From: an uncultured Verrucomicrobiota bacterium | GTDB lineage: Bacteria > Verrucomicrobiota > Kiritimatiellia > CAIQIC01 > CAZMXS01 | Direction: 5' to 3' | Assembly (NCBI GenBank): GCA_964570325.1 | Contig: CAZMXS010000029.1 | Location: 1 to 52,846, forward strand | DNA: 52,846 nt | Shown here: positions 1 to 9,543 of the stretch, piece after piece | Position numbering within the stretch: position 1 is the stretch's first letter | Layout of the letters: each line of letters begins with the position of its first letter | The notes under the pieces: model-generated | Seen by the model: the letters and a program-made list of their open reading frames with translations, nothing else | Database searches by the model: none | What the model was told of the DNA's origin: nothing | Made by a program: the position numbers and the translations under genes

Positions 1-40
1 CCGGGGCATGCGCCCCGGCGCCTTGAACTCAACCGATCCA

Positions 41-520
41 TCAATCCGGCTTTGCGATTTCAGTCACGGCGTTGCCGGCCTCGATCCAACCTTGAAGACC
101 CTCCGGATACTTGATCACATTCTTGTAGCCCAGCGCTACAAGTTTCTCCGCCAGTTTGGCGCTGGCCGGGCATTTCAGGTTGCTGCAATAAGCCACCACC
201 AGCGCGTCCTTGGACGGAATCGCCTTCTCGATCTCTTCAGCCGGGCTGTCGGCCGTCAACGAAACCGCACCGGGAATACGCTTGCCGTCATCCCACTTCG
301 CGGATCGGGCATCCACAATCACCGCGCTCGACCCGGATTCGACCAGGCTCTTTACCGCCGCCGTGTCCATGGTGCCGTACTTCGCGGAGTGGGCGGCGCT
401 CTCCGCCGCCTTCGCCACCGGCTTGGAAGCGCACACCGCAGCGCAGCCCGCGCCCGCCTGAACGGTCGCCGCCCAGCCGGGCAACGCAATCGCCACTACC
501 AACAGAGATAATTTGTTCAT
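41..520 (-). CDS. Secreted single-domain rhodanese-like sulfurtransferase
   Basis: ORF 41..643; likely true start is the internal ATG at 520 (MNKLSLLVVAIALPGWAA signal peptide) preceded by an AAAGGAG Shine-Dalgarno; C-terminal rhodanese active-site loop 'VAYCSNLKCPAS'. Confidence 0.7.
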   Translation of the reverse strand: MNKLSLLVVAIALPGWAATVQAGAGCAAVCASKPVAKAAESAAHSAKYGTMDTAAVKSLVESGSSAVIVDARSAKWDDGKRIPGAVSLTADSPAEEIEKAIPSKDALVVAYCSNLKCPASAKLAEKLVALGYKNVIKYPEGLQGWIEAGNAVTEIAKPD

Positions 521-625
521 ATACCGCTCCTTTCTTTTGCCGCAATATACGCACGACCGCCCGGCTGTCAAATAAGCGGCAAAAATCGGCTTGGAAACCG
601 CGCCCGCGGCGCATAGTGTGACGAC

Positions 626-1219
626 ATGACTTCGGCCTTTCACGCGGGGCCAGCGGGGAATGTCCGGCGGCGCGCGGGCGCTTCGTTTGTTGGGATTCTG
701 TTTCTATGCGCGGTTTGCATCGGCGCCGGCGTTCTCATCGGCTACCATTTGAAAGACTGGCTTTCATCCCGGCGCAGTTCCTATCCCGCCCTTTGCACAC
801 GCGTGCTGGATACCGACACGATCGAGGTCGCCTGGGTCTGGGGCACCAACAAAGTGCGCCTCGTGGGCCTCGACGCGCCGGAGAGCAAGGACAACAAGAA
901 ACTGCATGATCAAGCCAAGCTGCTCCGGGTGGACGCCGGGCAGTTGCTCAGCATCAGCGGTGTGATTACGCGGCAGATGGAAAGCGGCCTGGTCGGCCGC
1001 AACGTAAACCTGATCTTCCCGCGGGTGAAAATTGAGCGGGACGCCTTCAGCCGTCTGCTGGCCTACGTGGAGGTGGACGGCAAAGACATCGGCGCGATGC
1101 TATTGCGCAACGGATTGGTCTATCCGCGACCCGAACCGCACCCGCGCCAGGCAACCTACCAAGCGCTCAACTCCGAAGCCCGGGAAAACCGCAAGGGCAT
1201 TTACGGCTTGCAACGCTGA
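626..1219 (+). CDS. Membrane-anchored thermonuclease (staphylococcal-nuclease-like, SNase fold)
   Basis: 197-aa ORF; N-terminal TM helix (FVGILFLCAVCIGAGVLIGY) then SNase-like motifs 'VRLVGLDAPES', 'RLLAYVEVDGKDIGAMLLRNGLV'. Confidence 0.7.
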   Translation: MTSAFHAGPAGNVRRRAGASFVGILFLCAVCIGAGVLIGYHLKDWLSSRRSSYPALCTRVLDTDTIEVAWVWGTNKVRLVGLDAPESKDNKKLHDQAKLLRVDAGQLLSISGVITRQMESGLVGRNVNLIFPRVKIERDAFSRLLAYVEVDGKDIGAMLLRNGLVYPRPEPHPRQATYQALNSEARENRKGIYGLQR

Positions 1220-1227
1220 CGACCGCT

Positions 1228-1509
1228 TTAGGAAAACGAATACCGTTTGCGAATCTTCTTCAGCACCTGCCAGCGGCAGGCCAATCCGGCCGGCAACACC
1301 GCAAGATCACCCGACTTAAGTTCCACGGGTGCGCCGCCATCAGGCGTGACGATGACCTGCCCTTCCAGCACATAACAGGTTTCGGTCTCGTCATAAGTCC
1401 AGGGGAACTCGGATACGCCCTTTTCCCAAATCGGCCAGTTATCCACCCCCAAGTCCCGCAAGCGGGCGGGCGACGGCTGATGCTCAACGCGGATCGTCAA
1501 CGGGTTCAT
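1228..1509 (-). CDS. Small cupin-fold protein (cupin_3/DUF861-like)
   Basis: 93-aa ORF; 'EFPWTYDETETCYVLEGQVIVTPDGG...LKSGDLAVLPAG' pattern of small cupins; overlaps the flotillin stop by 26 nt. Confidence 0.55.
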   Translation of the reverse strand: MNPLTIRVEHQPSPARLRDLGVDNWPIWEKGVSEFPWTYDETETCYVLEGQVIVTPDGGAPVELKSGDLAVLPAGLACRWQVLKKIRKRYSFS

Positions 1510-2902
1510 GCGCTATTCCTCCCGCCGGTTTCTCCGCCGCGGTTGTGCCCAGATAGTCCGGCAATTCCACCCCGGCCATGGCCGCCACGTCCCGCAACGG
1601 CGGAATGCTTTTAATCAGGCTGGAGACAAAATTGGCGGTGGACGAACCTTTGCCTTCGCCGGCCGCGGAATCCCACACGGTAATCTTGTCAATCCTGAGG
1701 TTCTTAATGGCCTCCACCTGCAGCGCCACCATCTCCTCTATTTTCTCGATCATCAGCAGCGAGGCCGCCGCGCGCGCATCGCTGTTGCAACTCTTGACCA
1801 GCGCCTGGTAACCGGCCGCCTTGCCCTCCAGCACCTGGCGCACGCCCTTGGCCTCGGCTTCGTACCGGAGCAGGATGCCGTCGGCCTGTCCCTTGGCCTC
1901 GCGCCGAATACGCTCGGCCTCGGCATCGGCGGCGATCTCGATCATCCGTTTGTCAATCTCTTTGCGCACGACCTCCTCGGCATTCAACCGCTCCTGTTCA
2001 GCCAGGTATTGGGCCTTCTGGATTTCCACCTGGGCCTTGCGCTTGGCCACCTCGCCGATCTGGAGCGCCGCCGCCTGTTTGACCGCCAGTTGCGCGTTGG
2101 AATCGGCAATGTCGGCCTTGGCGGTGTTCTCGCCGGCAACCGCCTGCGCCTCCTGTCCCTGCACATAGATGCGCTGGTCCGCCTCGGCTTGCTTCTTGCC
2201 CTTCTCGGACTGCGCCATGTTCTGCGCGACGCGAATGGTCTGCTCCCGCACCGCCTCGGCCTGGCCGATGGCGCCCAGTTTGTCCTGTTCGGCCACGTCC
2301 ACCTTGGCCTTGTTGATCGCCTCCGCCGCCGCCTTGCGGCCGATGCTCTCGATATAGGTGGACTCATCGGTAATGTCGGTGATGTTGACATTGATCAGGT
2401 ACAGCCCAATCTTATTCAGCTCCGGTTCGACGTTGTTGCGGATGGATGCCAGAAAACTTTCGCGGTCCTGGTTGATCTGCTCGATCGTGAGCGATGCAAC
2501 GGTCAGACGAAGCTGGCCGAAAATGATCTCACGCGCCATCGCCTCGATCTCGCCGGTCTCCAGACCCAACAGGCGCTCGGCGGCGTTCACCATGATGGCC
2601 GGGTCGGTGCTGATGCCGACCGTGAAGGTGCTGGGAACGTTGATGCGAATATTTTGCAGCGACAGCGCGTTCTGCAGCGGGATGCTGATCGTCATCGGCG
2701 TCAGGCTCAAATACGCGTAGTCCTGAATCAACGGCCAGACCAGGATGCCGCCGCCATGCATACAATGCGCCGAGCGGTTGCCGGCCACCTTCCCATAAAT
2801 GACCAGCACCCGATCGGACGGGCAGCGCTTGTAACGCGCCGCCAGGAAAACAATCGTCGAAACCAGCAGGATGACAAACGCGAGAATTACCACCGGCCAC
2901 AT
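1484..2902 (-). CDS. Flotillin / SPFH (band 7) domain protein, YqiK-like
   Basis: 472-aa ORF; N-terminal TM anchor, SPFH domain, long Ala/Glu/Gln-rich coiled-coil typical of bacterial flotillins. Confidence 0.85.
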   Translation of the reverse strand: MWPVVILAFVILLVSTIVFLAARYKRCPSDRVLVIYGKVAGNRSAHCMHGGGILVWPLIQDYAYLSLTPMTISIPLQNALSLQNIRINVPSTFTVGISTDPAIMVNAAERLLGLETGEIEAMAREIIFGQLRLTVASLTIEQINQDRESFLASIRNNVEPELNKIGLYLINVNITDITDESTYIESIGRKAAAEAINKAKVDVAEQDKLGAIGQAEAVREQTIRVAQNMAQSEKGKKQAEADQRIYVQGQEAQAVAGENTAKADIADSNAQLAVKQAAALQIGEVAKRKAQVEIQKAQYLAEQERLNAEEVVRKEIDKRMIEIAADAEAERIRREAKGQADGILLRYEAEAKGVRQVLEGKAAGYQALVKSCNSDARAAASLLMIEKIEEMVALQVEAIKNLRIDKITVWDSAAGEGKGSSTANFVSSLIKSIPPLRDVAAMAGVELPDYLGTTAAEKPAGGIAHEPVDDPR

Positions 2903-2926
2903 GATGCGCCTCCTTGAGCTATGCGC

Positions 2927-3496
2927 TCAGATTTTCTCCACCACCAGGATATTACCCGCGCTCAGTTTCTTCACGCGGATCCGGTCGCCCGTAATGATCG
3001 GCGCGTTGGATTCTGAAATCGCGTCAAATACGCGCAGTTGTCCCTGGACTGCCACGCGTACCTGCCCGCTCTTGCCGGGCGGGATATTCAAGTATACCGA
3101 CCCTTCCTGCCCGATGGCGTTCTCCACTTGCAACGTGCCATCGGCTTGCAGGCGTTTCATGCCGACGAAAATCCGGCCAATAACCCAAACGGTGGCCGCG
3201 CCAGCCGCGGCGCCGCCAATGATCGCCCACAAATCTCCCACGCGGCTCTGCCGGGAGAGCGCCAGCGCCACCAGGCCGAACATCATAAAGAACGCGGTCA
3301 GGCTCTGAATGGACAGGAATTTGAAACTGGCATCGGCATCGCCATGCATGTCCGCCTGGCCGATGTCCGTATCCACCTCGCCGCTGTGGCCCACCATCAT
3401 CATGATCGTCCGGACGACGAACAAGGCGCCGCCGAATCCAGCACATGCCGCATAGAACTTCTCCATCGCGGTCAAACTGGCGAAGAATTCCATCAT
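2927..3496 (-). CDS. NfeD-like membrane protein (YqiJ-like flotillin partner)
   Basis: Membrane helices followed by a C-terminal OB-fold-like beta domain; sits immediately upstream of flotillin as in yqiJK pairs; start taken at the ATGATG at 3491-3496, which overlaps the upstream stop (ATGA). Confidence 0.65.
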   Translation of the reverse strand: MMEFFASLTAMEKFYAACAGFGGALFVVRTIMMMVGHSGEVDTDIGQADMHGDADASFKFLSIQSLTAFFMMFGLVALALSRQSRVGDLWAIIGGAAAGAATVWVIGRIFVGMKRLQADGTLQVENAIGQEGSVYLNIPPGKSGQVRVAVQGQLRVFDAISESNAPIITGDRIRVKKLSAGNILVVEKI

Positions 3497-4335
3497 GGCT
3501 CCCCTCTTCCGCGTTGCATCACCTGCCGCCACACCGCCAACGTGCCGAGGACGGGATGCCACCATTTGGCGGGCGGTGCCCATCGGCTGCCATCGTCAAG
3601 CCGCAGGATCACCAACGAGTAGCGGCCGGTGTTGACATAGCGGTCCTGGCAGACAATGGTGTAAGTGTCATCATGGGGCAACCGCGCATCAATTTCGGCT
3701 AACGCATACGGGGCCGGGCAGTCGGCCGAAGCCAGGTCGGCGCCGCGCGAATCATACAGTTGCAAGTATGGCCCCACGGAAACATCCGTTTCCTCCATGC
3801 GAATCAGGAGATGATCGCCGCCGCGTCCGGTAAAAACCGCCGCGTCAAGATCGCCCGGCTGGTTGATATTACCCGGCCGCTTCTCGCCCACGCTGATCTC
3901 GCCGATATCGCCATCGTCATCCGCCAATTGCAGGCTCGGAATGCGAAGCATGGATATGGAGTAGCGGCCAACTGCCGCGCCGCGATCACGGCAGACAATG
4001 GTGTAGCGGCCGGCCCGCGGCAGACGCATGTTGATCTGCGCCCCCCGATATTCGCAGCAACTGTCGGCATAGGCCACACAGCAGCCAGTCGAATCCAGCA
4101 AGCGCAGTTTGGGCGAAATCCACGGATCAATCTCCATCATTCGGATTTTGACCCGCTCCCCCGCTCGAGCGCTAAAGGCAAATGCATTTGTCGCGCCGGG
4201 CTGCCGGAGGGTTGCGGCCAGGGTCTGCCCGGAATCAATAATATCAGGCTGAGCCGCAGCCGCCAGGGTCAGCGCCCAAGCCAGCGCAGCAGCAACCGGC
4301 ATGGCCGGCATCTTTCTAGCGCCCGCAGCGATCAT
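3493..4335 (-). CDS. Secreted protein with two tandem PPC-like (pre-peptidase C-terminal) beta-sandwich repeats
   Basis: Signal peptide (MPAMPVAAALAWALTLAAAAQP); two internal repeats sharing 'RYTIVCRDR...GRYSISMLR' / 'TYTIVCQDRYVNTGRYSLVILR'; stop overlaps the nfeD start. Confidence 0.5.
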   Translation of the reverse strand: MIAAGARKMPAMPVAAALAWALTLAAAAQPDIIDSGQTLAATLRQPGATNAFAFSARAGERVKIRMMEIDPWISPKLRLLDSTGCCVAYADSCCEYRGAQINMRLPRAGRYTIVCRDRGAAVGRYSISMLRIPSLQLADDDGDIGEISVGEKRPGNINQPGDLDAAVFTGRGGDHLLIRMEETDVSVGPYLQLYDSRGADLASADCPAPYALAEIDARLPHDDTYTIVCQDRYVNTGRYSLVILRLDDGSRWAPPAKWWHPVLGTLAVWRQVMQRGRGEP

Positions 4336-4423
4336 GCGTCATCACTCACTCGAACCGCGGCAAAAGCGATCGCTTACGTTAATGGATTATACACGGCCGC
4401 ACTCGCGGCGGTCAGCAAAATAG

Positions 4424-5056
4424 TTAATCCTTTGCGTACAGCCCACCCGTATGCTCCATCCAATCGGCGATATGTTCCACCGCCCCGTCAATATCGTTGT
4501 CCGAGATGTCCAGCTCCAGCCGGGTCAGCGTGGATTCCGCAACCAGGCGCTTGATCAATTCCTGCTCATGGACGAACTCGTCCAGATGGTCGTACTGGGA
4601 GGGCTTGCCGGATACCTTCAACCGCTCCGCGCGCGCGGCGGCAAACGACTCCGGGGTGCGGTTGCAGAAGACCAGCCGGAAGTCGAGCGCTTTCAAGCGC
4701 TGCTCGAGCCAGCGGAAATCATAATCGCGGTTCCGCAACTGCAATTGGCAGGCGCGCGTCGAGATATGAAAACGGTCCACGATCCAGGAGTAGTAACGCA
4801 GCAGTTCGAACAGGCGCATCCAGGTGGCGTACGTCTCCATGGCCTGGCCCTCCTCGGCCGGATCGAAATTGATCAGTCCCCGCCCCCAGGGAAAATTGGT
4901 GAATGCGCACCATTCGGCGGAAACCAGCGGCGAGTGATAACGGTATTTGCGCGGGCCGACGATCCGCGGATGCTCATTCAAGCGGAACGCAATCTCGGTT
5001 TTGAAAGTCAGGCGGGTGCCTTCGAGAATAATCTTCGGACAAAGTTTCTGACCCAT
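4424..5056 (-). CDS. Hypothetical protein; deoxynucleoside-kinase-like P-loop fold with degenerate Walker A
   Basis: 210-aa ORF; 'KIILEGTRLTFKTEIAFRL' aligns with the dNK P-loop pattern I-x-I-E-G-x-x-x-x-x-K-T but lacks GxxGxGK; 'IVDRFHIS' resembles the dNK ERS/DRF motif and 'LQLRNRDYDFRW' the Arg-rich lid. Inference only. Confidence 0.35.
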   Translation of the reverse strand: MGQKLCPKIILEGTRLTFKTEIAFRLNEHPRIVGPRKYRYHSPLVSAEWCAFTNFPWGRGLINFDPAEEGQAMETYATWMRLFELLRYYSWIVDRFHISTRACQLQLRNRDYDFRWLEQRLKALDFRLVFCNRTPESFAAARAERLKVSGKPSQYDHLDEFVHEQELIKRLVAESTLTRLELDISDNDIDGAVEHIADWMEHTGGLYAKD

Positions 5057-5289
5057 CCGGACATCCTCCTTTCAGCCAAGCGATTGCGCTCCGATAATTC
5101 GGACACATCAAGCGGAGTGTTGACCGGCGATTTATGCAACGAGTTTCTGTTCCTAGTCAAGCGGCGAGAGATCGCCGGCGGCGCGGGGCATACGGCCCGG
5201 GAGCAGCCGGTTTCGATGCGGAATACGCTGATGGCTGAAGCGGGCCATCTGCCCGCGTTTCGTTAGGACACAGGGGTGGAGTTTGGAGT

Positions 5290-6432
5290 TCAAAGATGCG
5301 CCGGCCCGATCTCGATCAGCGCAATCTCCGGCGGCGCGAGAAAGCGCATGGGCGGGCCCCAAGTACCCGCGCCGCGATTGACATAGAGTTGCAAACGTTC
5401 GCCAAGGCGGTGCAGGCCGCTGGGATGGCGGTACCAGAGCCGCACCAGCCATTGAAATGGGAAAATCTGGCCATCGTGAATGTGGCCGGACAACTGGAGA
5501 TCGCAATGGAGCAGCGCGATGTCCGTGACGCGCGGTTGGTGTTTGAGCAGCACAACATAGTCCCGGGATGGCGGTCCGGCAAAGAGCCGCGCCTCATCCA
5601 TTCGGGAATAGCGCGTGATGCGCCAGCCGGCCAAATCATCCACCCCGGCCAGCGTCAGCCCGTCGGCCACATTAGTCTGCGCCTGGCGCAGCACGGTGAA
5701 GCCGGCGGCTTCATGGCAACGGATGCTCTCCTCCAATCCGAGATAAAACTCATGGTTGCCCATGACCGAATACTTGCCCAGCGGGGCCGGCAAGGCCGCT
5801 AGTTGATCCAGCATGGCCCGGATATTCCGCCGCGGCGAGTCCACGATATCGCCGGTGGCCACAATCAAGTCCGGCTGTAGGCTCGGCACGGTTTCGCAGA
5901 TCCAATTCAGCGCCGCGCCGCCGCGATGAACGCACAGATGCAGGTCGGAAATCTGAACCAGCCGCACCGGGCGCCGCGCCGCGGGCCAGCCCGGCGCCGT
6001 CACCCGCACTTCGCGCACGCGCAACGCTCGGGCCTCCCGCAAACCCCAAACGCTCAACAGCAGCACGGCCGCAAAAACTGCATATAGGGCCGGCCGGCGG
6101 GCCACCCGCGCGCGCACAATATCCGGCTGAATCAGCGAGGCTGTCTGGCAGGCGAAATTCCAGCAATCCAGCGTGGCCGCCACCACGCAAAACCAGAACA
6201 GCATCGCCATCCAAGGATATGCCACCCACGCCAGGAGCCAGGACAGCGCGAGCCAGTCAAGCCGCTCCAAAATTCGCACTAACGCCGGCGCCACGATCAT
6301 CAGCAGCAGGAAAACCACCAACGGCAACACCCATTTGAGCGGCAGCCTGGGGAACGCGGCGCGCACCTTGAGCAGGAAGTAAACATGCATAGCCGCATAA
6401 GCCAGCAGAAAGAATAGCAGAAACAAGCTCAT
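5290..6432 (-). CDS. Membrane-bound metallophosphoesterase (calcineurin-like, YkuE/YaeI-type)
   Basis: N-terminal multi-TM region then 'VQISDLH', 'ATGDIVD', 'GNHEFY' metallophosphatase motifs. Confidence 0.8.
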   Translation of the reverse strand: MSLFLLFFLLAYAAMHVYFLLKVRAAFPRLPLKWVLPLVVFLLLMIVAPALVRILERLDWLALSWLLAWVAYPWMAMLFWFCVVAATLDCWNFACQTASLIQPDIVRARVARRPALYAVFAAVLLLSVWGLREARALRVREVRVTAPGWPAARRPVRLVQISDLHLCVHRGGAALNWICETVPSLQPDLIVATGDIVDSPRRNIRAMLDQLAALPAPLGKYSVMGNHEFYLGLEESIRCHEAAGFTVLRQAQTNVADGLTLAGVDDLAGWRITRYSRMDEARLFAGPPSRDYVVLLKHQPRVTDIALLHCDLQLSGHIHDGQIFPFQWLVRLWYRHPSGLHRLGERLQLYVNRGAGTWGPPMRFLAPPEIALIEIGPAHL

Positions 6433-6491
6433 GCCACAGTGAAAAACCCAGCCAAGCGGCCGGGTTTTTCACATCTTCCGTTGAATGGCGC

Positions 6492-7715
6492 TTACAGTTT
6501 GGCGCTCAAGCTGATCCCGAACAAGTGCGCGTGGCCATCGGTGAACTCGGAGTCATAAACCCCCTCCTCCGGCCGCGCATCTATGTGGCGGCCGAGAATG
6601 TCAATATAGCTATACGACAGGTCGAGGGTGAACTGCTTGACCGTGTAGCCCGCGCCGATATTGTAAATGCGCCGGTCATTCGCCGGGACCATGTAGTCGG
6701 TCGTGCGGCCGGGATCGGGCGTATCGTCATAAATGAACCCGACCCGCAAGGCCAATTGCTCGGTAGCCCAATACTCGAGACCCGTCTGGTAACGCCACAC
6801 ATCGTGCCAGTCCTTCTTGCTTTCGGTGGATTTGACGCCCAACACCGTCGGATCCTGGTAATTAACCTGCAGCGAGTCATAAGAGCTCCAACGCGTGTAC
6901 ACACCGCCCACCTCGAAATTGACGCGCTTGACCGGCTTGAAATTGGCGCCCAGGAAAATCATGTCCGGCAGGGTCACCGAGCCATCGGCATCCGTGCTCC
7001 GGACCTGAATGTCCGCCGTGCCGGAGATATTTTGGCGAATCTGGCTCTGGTAGGCCGCGCCGAGGTCAACCCACTCGAACGGCGCATAGCGCAGACCGAA
7101 ATTGTAGCCGTAGCCATAGGAGTCGCCCTTCAGTTTGAAGTTCAGATCCTGTCCGGCCAGGTAAGGCAGCTTGCGCTGGAGTTTGAGATCAAACCACATG
7201 GCGGAGACCCCCGCCGCAGCCGTGAGTTCGTCGGTCAGCTTGAGGCCGAGATTCGGGTTCAACGTCAAGGTTTTGATTTCCGCATCGTAGCTGTTGTAGC
7301 GGCCCGGCCAGTTTTCATCGAACTCCGTGCCCAGGCCAAACCGGGAATACAGGCCGACACCCGCCACAATCCGGTCCTTGAGCGGATAGGTGGCGTAAAT
7401 ATGCGGCGGCACCCAAACGTTGTCCTCGCTCTTCGTGGTTACCGTTCCGGCCGGCGTCCGGGTCTTCACTTTGGTCGAAGGCGCAATAATTGTCGCGCCC
7501 GCCATGGCGGACGGATTGGTGATGTTGGCAATGCCGGCTGGGTTGTAGTAAATGGCGGACGGATCATCCGCCTTGCCGGTCATGGCCGACCCCAATGCAT
7601 TGCCGCGAGCGCTGCCCTCATACAGCGCAAAGCCTGCGCCCAACGACGCCTGCGCGGCACCTAAACACAATGCGGCGCCGCTTATCAAGATGCGAACCGT
7701 CTTTACTCCGCTCAT
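6492..7715 (-). CDS. Outer-membrane transporter of the FadL/OmpP1/TodX family
   Basis: Signal peptide; N-terminal 'GFALYEGSARGNALGSA' hatch motif characteristic of FadL family; C-terminal beta-strand ending in aromatic/Leu. Confidence 0.75.
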   Translation of the reverse strand: MSGVKTVRILISGAALCLGAAQASLGAGFALYEGSARGNALGSAMTGKADDPSAIYYNPAGIANITNPSAMAGATIIAPSTKVKTRTPAGTVTTKSEDNVWVPPHIYATYPLKDRIVAGVGLYSRFGLGTEFDENWPGRYNSYDAEIKTLTLNPNLGLKLTDELTAAAGVSAMWFDLKLQRKLPYLAGQDLNFKLKGDSYGYGYNFGLRYAPFEWVDLGAAYQSQIRQNISGTADIQVRSTDADGSVTLPDMIFLGANFKPVKRVNFEVGGVYTRWSSYDSLQVNYQDPTVLGVKSTESKKDWHDVWRYQTGLEYWATEQLALRVGFIYDDTPDPGRTTDYMVPANDRRIYNIGAGYTVKQFTLDLSYSYIDILGRHIDARPEEGVYDSEFTDGHAHLFGISLSAKL

Positions 7716-7772
7716 GCTCGCCTCTCCTTGTTTTGATTTCCCCGATCCTGAATTCCAGCGTCCGTGAATTCG

Positions 7773-9236
7773 TCAATCCGCCTGTCGCACTTTGTTGACC
7801 GCCCAGCCCAGCGCATCCGTCAACATCTGTGGCGGCGGCGTCGGGATCAGCCCGGCGTTCAGCAGCGCCTCCACCGCGCCGCGCGCCTGTCGAATATCCG
7901 CCGCGGCGCGGCGATGCACCTCCGCGCGCTCGAGCGGCCGGCGGGCAACGCCCTCGCGCACGGCCTGATCCGCGACATCGGCGGCCTCGTGCGGGAACAC
8001 CGCCTCCTCCTCCATAGTCGGAATGATGTAATCGGGCCGCAAGCCCCGCTGTTCGGCGAAGCCCGCCAGCGAGCGCGCCGCCGCAATGGCCATCGCATCC
8101 GTGATCTTGGAGGCCCGCACCAGCAAGGCGCCCTTGAGAATGCCTGGGAAGCCCACCGAATTATTCACCTGGTTGGGAAAATCGCCGCGCCCGGTGGCCA
8201 CCACCGCCGCGCCCGCCGCCTGGGCGGCGTGTGGATATATCTCCGGCACCGGATTGGCGCAGGCGAACACAATCGCCCGGGGCGCCATTGCCCGAACCCA
8301 CTCAGGCTTGACCGTATCCGGGCCGGGCGTCGAAAGCGCAATCAACACGTCCGCGCCTTTCATGGCCGTCGCCATATCCCGCACCTGCCGCGGATTGGTC
8401 TGCTCGCAAATCTCCCACTTGCGGTAGAAGCGCGGGTCAGCCTGAATGTCATCGCGGTGTCGGCCGAGGGCACCGGCGCTGTCAAACATGATGATATTGC
8501 CCGGGTCGCCGCCGGCGAGCATGATCAGCCGCGCGATCGTGGTGTTTGAAGCCCCCGCCCCATAAAAGACAATCCGGACTTTTTCCAGTTCTTTGCCCAC
8601 CACCTTGACGGCATTGATCAGACCCGCCAGGGTTACGCATCCGGTCCCTTGCGCATCGTCGTGCCAGACGGGAATATCACATTCCGCCCGCAACACATCG
8701 AGAACCTTGAAGCAATTGGGCTGGGAGATGTCCTCCAGGTTGACCGCGCCGAAGCTGGGCTGGCAGCGCTTGACAAACTCGATGATCACATCCGGGTCGG
8801 GGCGGCCGTCCCGGTTGCGGCTGTCCAGACACAATGGCACGGCATCAACCCCGCCCAGGTATTTCATCAGAAACGCCTTGCCCTCCATGACGCCCAACCC
8901 GCCCGGCGGCGAGACGTCGCCGTCGCCCAGCACGCGCGTTGAATCGCTGACCACGGCCACCAGGTTGCCGCGATTGGACAACTCAAAAGATGCCGCCTGG
9001 TCTTCGCGGATGGTCGTGGAAACCAGCGAGACGCCGGGCGTGTACCAGACATTGAACCAGTTGAAGCCGAACGCGGCGACCTTCGGCAGCGTCTGGATTT
9101 TTCCACCGTAGAAACGATGAGCGTCGAGCGCCAGTTTCTTCAGGAACAATGTTTTGCCCTTGGCCACCTGGTCCGGCGTAAACTCGGCCGGGAAAACCTG
9201 GTCCAGATTGCTCAAGTCGGTCTTCAAGCCGGACAT
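7773..9236 (-). CDS. NAD(P)-dependent malic enzyme (short form)
   Basis: Start taken at MSGLKTD (9236); malic enzyme N-domain and NAD(P)-binding domain motifs ('VFYGAGASNTTIARL', 'FACANPVPEI'). Confidence 0.9.
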   Translation of the reverse strand: MSGLKTDLSNLDQVFPAEFTPDQVAKGKTLFLKKLALDAHRFYGGKIQTLPKVAAFGFNWFNVWYTPGVSLVSTTIREDQAASFELSNRGNLVAVVSDSTRVLGDGDVSPPGGLGVMEGKAFLMKYLGGVDAVPLCLDSRNRDGRPDPDVIIEFVKRCQPSFGAVNLEDISQPNCFKVLDVLRAECDIPVWHDDAQGTGCVTLAGLINAVKVVGKELEKVRIVFYGAGASNTTIARLIMLAGGDPGNIIMFDSAGALGRHRDDIQADPRFYRKWEICEQTNPRQVRDMATAMKGADVLIALSTPGPDTVKPEWVRAMAPRAIVFACANPVPEIYPHAAQAAGAAVVATGRGDFPNQVNNSVGFPGILKGALLVRASKITDAMAIAAARSLAGFAEQRGLRPDYIIPTMEEEAVFPHEAADVADQAVREGVARRPLERAEVHRRAAADIRQARGAVEALLNAGLIPTPPPQMLTDALGWAVNKVRQAD

Positions 9237-9526
9237 GTAATGAACTTCTCCACCGCGGTCAGGATTTGATCGGCGTCCGCCTGGGTCACGCCGCTGAACC
9301 AGACACCCTGTGGATACAGTATGACATTGGGTCCCTGCTGACAGAGGCCGAGGCAACCGGACTGTGAAACGCGCACGCGAGGCTTCCAGCCGCGGCGCTC
9401 TACTTCAGCCTTGAGATAATCCCGAATGGCGGCGGCCGCCCCGTCCGCGCACGATTTGCGCTCGCCATGCCGGTCATTGAGACAAACGAAAACATGGCAA
9501 CAATAAGGCGCCGCTTGCTGGTTCAT
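9224..9526 (-). CDS. Thioredoxin-like [2Fe-2S] ferredoxin
   Basis: Four Cys in 'CCHVFVCLN...C...GCLGLCQQGPNV' arrangement typical of Trx-like 2Fe-2S ferredoxins; may start at a GTG at 9547 overlapping the upstream stop; overlaps the malic enzyme start by 13 nt. Confidence 0.65.
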   Translation of the reverse strand: MNQQAAPYCCHVFVCLNDRHGERKSCADGAAAAIRDYLKAEVERRGWKPRVRVSQSGCLGLCQQGPNVILYPQGVWFSGVTQADADQILTAVEKFITCPA

Positions 9527-9543
9527 GGCCGGACCGGAGTCTC

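Noticed and set aside
1508-2917. Long antisense ORFs (e.g. 1508..2917 +, 36025..36975 -, 29118..32564 +, 13262..14659 +) overlapping recognised genes
   Set aside because: High GC suppresses stop codons on all frames. The products are Arg/Pro/Ala-rich low-complexity sequences with no motifs, and the opposite strand carries clearly recognisable genes.
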